NCBI GenBank assembly: GCA_963794525.1
Contig: CAWCEC010000003.1
Span: 188,090-252,089, forward strand
Source: an uncultured Chloroflexia bacterium
GTDB taxonomy: Bacteria; Chloroflexota; Limnocylindria; Limnocylindrales; CSP1-4
DNA: 64,000 nt
Direction of reading: 5' to 3'
Position 1 is the stretch's first letter; every line of letters begins with the position of its first letter. Positions 57,969-64,000 of the stretch are shown piece after piece. The notes under the pieces were generated by a model that saw nothing but the letters and a program-made list of their open reading frames with translations, made no database searches and was not told where the DNA came from. The position numbers and the translations under genes are program-made.

Positions 57969-59504
57969 ATGACATTGCGGATCCGGAACACGTTGAGCCG
58001 CACGGTCGAGGCGGTCGAGCCGCTCGAGCCCGGCCGCATCCGGATGTACACCTGCGGCCCGACCGTGTACCGATTCGCGCACGTCGGGAACCTCCGGTCG
58101 AACCTCCTGGCGGACCTCATCCGGCGCGTGCTGCTGTACCACGGGCTGGACGTCTTCCACGTCAAGAACATCACCGACGTGGGCCACCTGCGCGAGGACG
58201 AGTTCGACCGCGGCGAGGATCGGATGCTGGTCCAGGCCGGGCTCGAGCACAAGACGACGGCCGAGATCGCCGACGCGTACGAGGCCGCGTTCCACGCCGA
58301 CGAGGCCCTCGTCAACATCCTGCCCGCGCACGTCTTCCCGCGGGCCACCGAGCACATCCCGGAGATGGTCGAGCTGGCCGAGCAGCTCGAGGACCTGGGC
58401 CACGCCTATGCGTCGGACACCGGCAACGTGTACTACGCGGTGGGGTCGTTCGATGGGTATGGCCGGCTGTCCGGGAACTCGCTCGACGAGCTGCGCGCCG
58501 GCCATCGCGGCGAGGTCGAGCCGGACAAGCGCGATCCCGCCGACTTCGCGCTGTGGAAGGCGGCCGGCCCGCGCCGCGCGCTCAAGTGGCCGACCGCGCG
58601 CTGGGGCGACGGCTATCCCGGCTGGCACCTCGAGTGCTCGGCGATGGCCCGCCGCTACCTCGGCGACCGCTTCGACCTGCACACCGGCGGCATCGACAAC
58701 ATCTTCCCGCACCACGAGGACGAGATCGCCCAGTCGGCGCCGCTCGTTGGCGGCCCGCCGGCCCGCCTCTGGGTCCACGGTGAGCATCTCCTCATGGCGG
58801 GCCGCAAGATGGCCAAGTCGGCCGGCAACTTCCAGCGGGTCACAGAGCTCGCCGACGAGGGCATCGAGCCGCTGGCCTACCGCTATCTGATCCTCACGTC
58901 CCGCTATCGCCACAAGCTCGACTACTCGGATGAGTCGATCGCGGGCGCCGCCGCGGCGTACACATCGCTCCGCAGCCGACTGGCGGCGCTGGGTCCACCG
59001 CCGGACAGCGGCGAATGGGCGGCCCCACCGGTGCTGGCCGCGGGTGCTGCGGGCGATCGGCCGGAGGGAATGGCGAGCGGCGCCACCGCGTTCGGTGGCG
59101 GTGACTACGCCGTGCTGGATCGCGCGCACTCGCCCGCCGCCCCGTTGTCAGCGGCCGGCGCAGCCCTCCATGCGCGCTTCGTCGACGCACTGGACGACGA
59201 CCTCGACCTGCCGGGCGCCCTCGTGACCGTCCGCGAGATGCTCCGCGCCGACCTGCCGGCCGACGAGCGCCGCTGGCTCGCGCTCGACGCCGATGCGGTG
59301 CTCGGGCTGGATCTGCATCGCGTATGGGAGACCGCCGCCACGCCCGACGTCCCCGCCGAGGTCAATGCGTTGCTGGCGGAACGAAACGCTGCACGCGCCG
59401 CCCGGGACTACGCGCGTGCCGACGTGCTTCGCGCTGAGATCGGCTCGGCCGGCTACGACGTCATCGACGCCGCAGAGGGCTCGACCCTGCGTCGACGGCG
59501 CTAA
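57969..59504 (+). CDS. cysS: cysteine--tRNA ligase
   Basis: MYTCGPTVYRFAHVGNLRS is the HIGH-type motif and KMAKSAGNF is the KMSKS motif. The DALR-type and C-terminal domains include DDDLDLPGAL and ERNAARAARDYARADVLRAEIGSAGYDV. Confidence 0.88.
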   Translation: MTLRIRNTLSRTVEAVEPLEPGRIRMYTCGPTVYRFAHVGNLRSNLLADLIRRVLLYHGLDVFHVKNITDVGHLREDEFDRGEDRMLVQAGLEHKTTAEIADAYEAAFHADEALVNILPAHVFPRATEHIPEMVELAEQLEDLGHAYASDTGNVYYAVGSFDGYGRLSGNSLDELRAGHRGEVEPDKRDPADFALWKAAGPRRALKWPTARWGDGYPGWHLECSAMARRYLGDRFDLHTGGIDNIFPHHEDEIAQSAPLVGGPPARLWVHGEHLLMAGRKMAKSAGNFQRVTELADEGIEPLAYRYLILTSRYRHKLDYSDESIAGAAAAYTSLRSRLAALGPPPDSGEWAAPPVLAAGAAGDRPEGMASGATAFGGGDYAVLDRAHSPAAPLSAAGAALHARFVDALDDDLDLPGALVTVREMLRADLPADERRWLALDADAVLGLDLHRVWETAATPDVPAEVNALLAERNAARAARDYARADVLRAEIGSAGYDVIDAAEGSTLRRRR

Positions 59505-59764
59505 GGCCCGCCAATGATGAACCGGACGTTTCGGCCGTCCTCGCGCTTCCAGGCGATCGCCGCACGCGCAAGATCCCGCCACGCATCGTCCTCGGTCGGG
59601 CCAGACCCCTCGAGCGTCGTCCGCTCGCCGTCGAGCAGCCCTGTCGCCACGATCCGTGCAGGCGGGCCGGCTTCGACGGATTCGACCAGGATCCCGACAC
59701 CGAGATGCTCGGCCAGCTGCTGGATCGCCTCAGGACCGGGCGGTGGGACCGACTCGTCGCTCAC
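59501..59764 (-). CDS. hypothetical protein (87 aa)
   Basis: The GTG start forms a GTGA overlap with the glycosyltransferase stop, which suggests translational coupling. No recognised motif. Confidence 0.45.
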   Translation of the reverse strand: MSDESVPPPGPEAIQQLAEHLGVGILVESVEAGPPARIVATGLLDGERTTLEGSGPTEDDAWRDLARAAIAWKREDGRNVRFIIGGP

Positions 59765-60717
59765 GCGGGTGTCCGTTCGGTAACGAGCAGGTCGCGGCGC
59801 GACCCGAACCGGTCGATGATCCGGTAGAAGTTTCGCTTCGATCGGCGTGCGCGCTCCTCGTCGTCGAGGCTCGACCAGCCACGGTGCTCGTGCCGGGTCA
59901 CAGGGAGGTCCGCGACCCGAACAGCTCGCCGTGGGGTCTCGCCCTCACCCTGGTCGCGCAGCACGAGACTCCACCAGATGTCGAGGTTGCGATAGAACCG
60001 GAACCGCTCGTCGAGCGGCCCCCGTTCGGCGGCATCGTCCCGCCTGTGGGCCAGCAGATAACCCTCGATGGCGTCGACGTCGCCCGGCGGCGCCTCCTCG
60101 AAGGTCCGCAAGTCGGTCGACGTCAGGCCCCAGCCGCCTGCGACCGCGACGGTCGGGTCGTCGAGCGCACCCACCAGCGGCGTGATGGCGTCGCCGGTCG
60201 GCTCGACGCTCGGATCCATCAGGACGATGACGGGACCGATCGATCGCCGGATCCCGATGTTGGTCGCGGCTCCATGGCCGAGCCGGTCGGAGGTCCACAC
60301 GGTCTCGACGCCGGTGAGCTCGTCGAGCGCAACCGCTTGCTCCTCGGATGGCCCGTCCGCCACCACGACGATGCTGGTCCCCGCCGGCGAGTGCTCCCGT
60401 AAGGCGGTCACGGCACGCTCCACATCAGCCGGCCAGTCCGTGGCGATCAGCACGACCGTCGCCAACCCGACTGCAGGCTCGTCCAGCCGCGACGGCACAT
60501 TGCGCGACGCCCCGTAGCGTACGCGCGCGCCCTCCTCGATGTCGGGCGGCGCGGATGGCGACAGCGCGAAATCGGTCCCGCGGTCGACAATCGTCCAGCC
60601 GGCGGCCTCGATCTCGGCGCGGAGCTGGTCGGCGGTGACCCAGTCCTTGGCGACGCGTGCCGCGGCACGCTGGTGTGCGGCTGCGAGCACCTCGTCCGGG
60701 ATCCGCGTCCGCGTCAC
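59761..60717 (-). CDS. glycosyltransferase family 2-like protein with an N-terminal CysRS-C-terminal-like domain
   Basis: The GT-A type core includes VVLIATDWPADVERAVTAL...VVVADGPSEEQ...VLMDPS. The first about 50 aa resemble the C-terminus of the neighbouring CysRS. Confidence 0.65.
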   Translation of the reverse strand: MTRTRIPDEVLAAAHQRAAARVAKDWVTADQLRAEIEAAGWTIVDRGTDFALSPSAPPDIEEGARVRYGASRNVPSRLDEPAVGLATVVLIATDWPADVERAVTALREHSPAGTSIVVVADGPSEEQAVALDELTGVETVWTSDRLGHGAATNIGIRRSIGPVIVLMDPSVEPTGDAITPLVGALDDPTVAVAGGWGLTSTDLRTFEEAPPGDVDAIEGYLLAHRRDDAAERGPLDERFRFYRNLDIWWSLVLRDQGEGETPRRAVRVADLPVTRHEHRGWSSLDDEERARRSKRNFYRIIDRFGSRRDLLVTERTPA

Positions 60718-60723
60718 GCTCGA

Positions 60724-61429
60724 TCAGTTGCTGCGGCGGGCGAGGGCCAACCAGTACAGCAGGGTCAGGATCGCGGCGATCGCTGCGGCGAGGTAGGTCA
60801 GGGCCGCGGCTCGGAGCATGGCGTTGGCACCATCGCGATCCTGCGCCGTGGTCACGACGCCGGTCGATTCGAGCATCGCCAGTGCCTTCTGGCTCGCCTG
60901 GATCTCGACCGGCAGCGTCAGCACGGCGAACAGCACGGCAAGGCCGAACAGGAGGATGCCGATCGTCAGCAGCCCCGTGCTGCTCAGGAAGATGCCGGCG
61001 AGGATGAAGATGTAGGCGATGTTCGGTCCGAAGCTGACCGCCGGGACGAGCAGGCTGCGCAACTGCATCAGCGCGCTGCCCTCGGCCACCTGCTACGGCA
61101 TGGCCCACCTCGTGCGCCGCGATCGCCATCGATGCGACCGACGGCTGCGTCGCGACCGCCTCCGACAGGGACAGCGAACGATCGCGCGGGTCGAAATGAT
61201 CCGACAGGACGCCCGGCGACACCTTGATCGCGGTGATCGCCTCGCGCCCTGGGCGGTTGCCGAACGGCGCGTGGTCGCGGAGGTACTCGGCGACCTGGGC
61301 ACCGGACAGCCCGGCGCCATTCTGGACGCGGCTCCAGCGGCCATAGGTGGAACGGATATAGAGCTGGGCGCCGCCGGACACGACCAGCGTGCCGACGATG
61401 ACCAGGATGTAGAGCGGGTCGAAGAACAC
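60724..61429 (-). CDS. zinc metallopeptidase, YugP-like (Zn_peptidase_2 family), one frameshift as given
   Basis: ORF 60425..61429 gives MFFDPLYILVIVGTLVVSGGAQLYIRSTY...AIAAHEVGHAV (HExxH). The next frame (ORF 60724..61089) gives QVAEGSALMQLRSLLVPAVSFGPNIAYIFILAG... with the C-terminal TM helices. The break is near 61093. Confidence 0.8.
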
Positions 61430-61578
61430 CAGTGATCTCCAGCGTGTGGGCGATGGACATCATCGTAGGACACCGTTCATGGAGCCTTGATGGAGACCAC
61501 ATCAAGAACATCGAACGAATCCCTCGCAAAAGGCGTCCTACTTGATATACGGATCGATCCCGCGATAAGGAGGACGCC

Positions 61579-62037
61579 ATGCGTGCACGACGGCTCGGGG
61601 CGAGCATCGGGATCCTGGGGATCCTGCTAGCGGCTCCATCGGCGGCGGCGGCAGCCCCGCCCATCACGACCATCACGCTCGAAGTTGTGTTCGAGGTCAG
61701 TGAAACATTCACCGCGACCGGTGGTGTCGTCTGCGCCTCAGGGACCGCGGTGACGGATCCCGTGTTCGGCACGTTCGGTGGCCGGCAGAACCGCGGAGTC
61801 TTCACGTTCCACCTTGTCAAGACGCTCACCTGCGCCGACGGGAGCGGGACCTTCAAGTTGCTCGTGAACGTGTCGACCTCGCCCAATTCGCCGGGCACCG
61901 TGGGCGGGTTCGCGGCCGGCCAAGGCACCGGTGCGTATGCCGGCCTGCGTGGCGGCGGACACTTGATCGGGACTGCCTATCCGGACGGTAGCGGCGTCAC
62001 CGATGTCTACACAGGACGCCTCCACATCGCGCCGTAG
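61579..62037 (+). CDS. hypothetical secreted protein
   Basis: AAGGAGG lies upstream. The signal peptide is MRARRLGASIGILGILLAAPSAAAAA. The mature part is Gly/Thr-rich and probably beta-structured. No known motif. Confidence 0.65.
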   Translation: MRARRLGASIGILGILLAAPSAAAAAPPITTITLEVVFEVSETFTATGGVVCASGTAVTDPVFGTFGGRQNRGVFTFHLVKTLTCADGSGTFKLLVNVSTSPNSPGTVGGFAAGQGTGAYAGLRGGGHLIGTAYPDGSGVTDVYTGRLHIAP

Positions 62038-62054
62038 CGTGTGAACCTCGCTCG

Positions 62055-62276
62055 TCAGTCGGGTGGCTGCTCCCCTGCGGCCACCCTGCTGACGATCCAG
62101 CGGATCCCCTCCTCCCACGACTTGGCGCTCGGCTCGAGGCCGCGTCGTTCGGCTTCCGCCTCCCAGGCGTCGCACCAGCGGCTGACGGCGAATCCTGGGA
62201 CGTGCATCGACAGCAGGCGGGCCTTCGTCAGCATGCGCAGCGCCGTCTCGAGACGATCGTCCTCCTCCTCGGCCAT
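62055..62276 (-). CDS. hypothetical protein (73 aa)
   Basis: Taken from ATG 62276 (MAEEEDDRLETALRMLTKARLL...). The upstream part of the listed 135-aa ORF overlaps the DinB gene antisense and looks non-coding. No SD was seen. Confidence 0.3.
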   Translation of the reverse strand: MAEEEDDRLETALRMLTKARLLSMHVPGFAVSRWCDAWEAEAERRGLEPSAKSWEEGIRWIVSRVAAGEQPPD

Positions 62277-62352
62277 GGCGACGATGGTACGTGCCGAGGC
62301 GTGCCGGTTCAGCGCGCCTGGCGCAGTACGCTTCGCGGGTGGAGGGTGACCG

Positions 62353-62820
62353 ATGAACGCGCTCGATGTCCTGATGTACGGCCAACGCACGGTCCGATCG
62401 ACGATCGATCGATACGGGCCGGGCGACTGGGAGCTAATCGCGCTGGGCGTGTGGACCGCCAAGGATCTGCTCGGTCACCTCGGGGCGTTCGAAGTACGGT
62501 TCGCGGACCAGCTGGCCACGATCGTCGGGGCCGAGACCCAGAGCGACCTGATGTCCGCCGATCCGCGCACGTTCAACGACGACCAGGCCGCGATCCGCAA
62601 GGACTGGCCCATCGACCAGGTCCGTGCCGAGCTCCTCGACGCGCATGCGCGCGTCATGCAGCACGCGAAGGCCATCGCGCCGGAGGTCTGGCGGGAGGTC
62701 GGCACCATCCCGTGGTATGGCGCCGGGTACTCGCTCGACGACCTCGTCGTCTACCAGCAGTACGGGCATAAGCGCGAGCACGACCCGCAGCTGAGTGCCG
62801 CACTCGAGCAGTCGCCCTAG
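62353..62820 (+). CDS. DinB/YfiT-like (DinB_2) metal-dependent four-helix-bundle protein
   Basis: 155 aa with AKDLLGHLGAFE...HARVM...QYGHKREH, the histidine triad pattern of the DinB superfamily. Confidence 0.7.
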   Translation: MNALDVLMYGQRTVRSTIDRYGPGDWELIALGVWTAKDLLGHLGAFEVRFADQLATIVGAETQSDLMSADPRTFNDDQAAIRKDWPIDQVRAELLDAHARVMQHAKAIAPEVWREVGTIPWYGAGYSLDDLVVYQQYGHKREHDPQLSAALEQSP

Positions 62821-62876
62821 CGCGCAGCCCTAGCCACTGACGAAGAGCGCGCTGGGTCAGGAACCCCAGCGGCGCT

Positions 62877-63041
62877 TGGAACTTCCCGATGTTCCAACCG
62901 ACGAACGACCGGCCGGATTGTGCCCGGTTACGCCCGCTCAGCCTCCGCTTGGAACTTCCCGATGTTCCATTCGACGGAGGAACGGCCGAATCGTGCCCGA
63001 TTCGGCTGGCTCAGCCGCCGCTTGGAACATGTGATGTTCCA
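62877..63041. repeat. cluster C of the TGGAAC-N7/8-GTTCCA palindromic repeat family (3 tandem 73-nt units)
   Basis: 62877-62896 and 62950-62969 are both TGGAACTTCCCGATGTTCCA. 63023-63041 is TGGAACATGTGATGTTCCA. Each copy is preceded by GCTCAGCC-N-CCGCT, and the inter-palindrome segments are also homologous to each other. A perfect hairpin GCCGAATCG-TGCC-CGATTCGGC lies at 62985-63006. Confidence 0.9.
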
Positions 63042-63475
63042 CGCGTAGCCGAGCCGGCTTCGATCCGAGCGAGCGCCTCGAGGATCGCGCTGACCACCTC
63101 GGTCGTCGAGGCGGCGGGCAGGTCGAGCCGGATGGTGGCCGCTTGCGTGAGCATCGGGTTGTACTCGCCCGAGTTGCCGGCCATGGCGCGGAAGTCGGTC
63201 CGGACGAGCACGATCGACTTGTTCGTCCCGAACGCGTAGCCGACCTCCCAGCACGTGCCCGAGTCCGGGTCGGGGCCGTCCATGACCGCGACGAGTCCAT
63301 CTGCCCAGTCGATCCCGCCCTTGTCGGCCGCGAAGATGCCGGCGGCGTCCTTGCCCGGCTCGTTCTCCTGCGGCAGGAACACCTCGTGCCCGGCGGCACG
63401 CAACGCGGCGGTCACCTCCGCATTCCAGACTCGCTCGGGCGTACTGAACAAGGGACCGGCGAAATACAGCTTCAT
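63011..63475 (-). CDS. nucleoside 2-deoxyribosyltransferase-like protein
   Basis: Start at ATG 63475 (MKLYFAGPLFSTPERVWN...). DSGTCWEVGYAFG carries the catalytic-Glu motif of the family. The last codons overlap repeat copy C3. Confidence 0.75.
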   Translation of the reverse strand: MKLYFAGPLFSTPERVWNAEVTAALRAAGHEVFLPQENEPGKDAAGIFAADKGGIDWADGLVAVMDGPDPDSGTCWEVGYAFGTNKSIVLVRTDFRAMAGNSGEYNPMLTQAATIRLDLPAASTTEVVSAILEALARIEAGSATRGTSHVPSGG

Positions 63476-63587
63476 GCCCCGAGTATCGGGGAGCTGCGGA
63501 ACCATTTCACGGTCAGAGGAGTCGGATGGGCCGATGCTACCGTCGAGCCGTGACAACCTCGGTCGCCCAGCCAACGCCAGCCACAGC

Positions 63588-64000
63588 ATGACCAGACGAG
63601 AGGGCGCACAGGGGCCGTCAGTGCGGGCGCTGGTCCTGCTCGCACTCAGCGCCCTCGCGTTGCTGGCGACCAGCCCGCGCCAGCCTACGCTCGAGAGCCG
63701 CGTCTTCGGCGAGGTCATGATCGATGGTGGCGAGACCGTCGAGCGTGAGCTCCGGATCCACCTCGATCCGGAAGCGGGCCAGGCGACGAGCGGCTCCATC
63801 ACGCCCGCTCTCCAGGCGGCGAACGGCCTGCAGCCCGGCTACAGCCTCGATTCGACGATCGCGCTGCTCGATGACAGCGAGCCTGCGGGCGGCGATTCCT
63901 CGAGCACGAACTTCCCGATCGAGCGGTGCACCATCGGCTGCGACCTCACCTACGCGGTGGCGATCACGGCCGGCCCGAGCGTGCTACCGGGATCCGTCGT
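63588..64000 (+). CDS. hypothetical secreted protein, 5-prime part; continues past window end
   Basis: Own translation from ATG 63588: MTRREGAQGPSVRALVLLALSALALLATSPRQPTLESRVFGEVMIDGGETVERELRIHLDP... It is open to the window end and has a signal-peptide-like N-terminus. Confidence 0.4.
   Translation, partial: MTRREGAQGPSVRALVLLALSALALLATSPRQPTLESRVFGEVMIDGGETVERELRIHLDPEAGQATSGSITPALQAANGLQPGYSLDSTIALLDDSEPAGGDSSSTNFPIERCTIGCDLTYAVAITAGPSVLPGSV

Noticed and set aside
62877-63041. Mini CRISPR array (three repeats with a regular 73-nt period)
   Set aside because: The would-be spacers are homologous to each other, so the whole 73-nt unit is tandemly repeated. The repeat core is a short perfect palindrome that differs between copies. 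There are only three units, and no cas genes are in the window.
1-64000. Programmed ribosomal frameshifting or genuine genome decay as the explanation for the many frame breaks
   Set aside because: There is no shared slippery heptamer or downstream structure at the junctions. The affected genes include recA and thrS, which are expected to be functional. The strong +1-insertion bias points to a technical cause. This remains unproven without reads.

Overview
Very GC-rich chromosomal segment; third codon positions are almost all G/C. The lineage is Gram-positive-type (rny-ymdB, recA-recX, a DUF881 pair, a T-box leader). It looks Actinobacteria- or Chloroflexi-like, but the taxon cannot be fixed from the sequence alone. 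I call about 65 genes, nearly all housekeeping. They include a peptide-type ABC importer operon ending in a BKACE enzyme and a dehydrogenase, and miaB, terC and rny-ymdB. Recombination genes are recA-recX, tgt, ruvB and yebC-ruvC-ruvA. Also present are an EF-G paralog, hisC, tyrS, PBP1A, mutS2, mpg and cvpA. A translation block runs thrS, infC-rpmI-rplT and pheST, followed by tRNA-Val. Further on are two RNA methyltransferases, an asparaginase, an MFS transporter, cysS and several peptidases. I saw no cas genes, prophage, IS elements or recognisable defence genes. Four signals stand out. (1) A dispersed family of TGGAAC-N7-9-GTTCCA palindromes with conserved flanks sits in three intergenic clusters (13.5 kb, 42.6 kb, 62.9 kb); it resembles REP/BIME mosaics or operator/centromere arrays and matches no class I know. 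(2) At least 14 reading-frame breaks occur in conserved genes, including recA and thrS, and most are equivalent to a +1 nt insertion. This points to indel errors in the assembly rather than biology. (3) A T-box leader with an intrinsic terminator lies upstream of thrS. (4) There are non-canonical starts (infC ATC, possibly mpg CTG), three other intergenic inverted repeats, and two unlisted small ORFs with strong Shine-Dalgarno sites. Many long ORFs in the track are antisense shadow ORFs typical of high-GC DNA and were not called.
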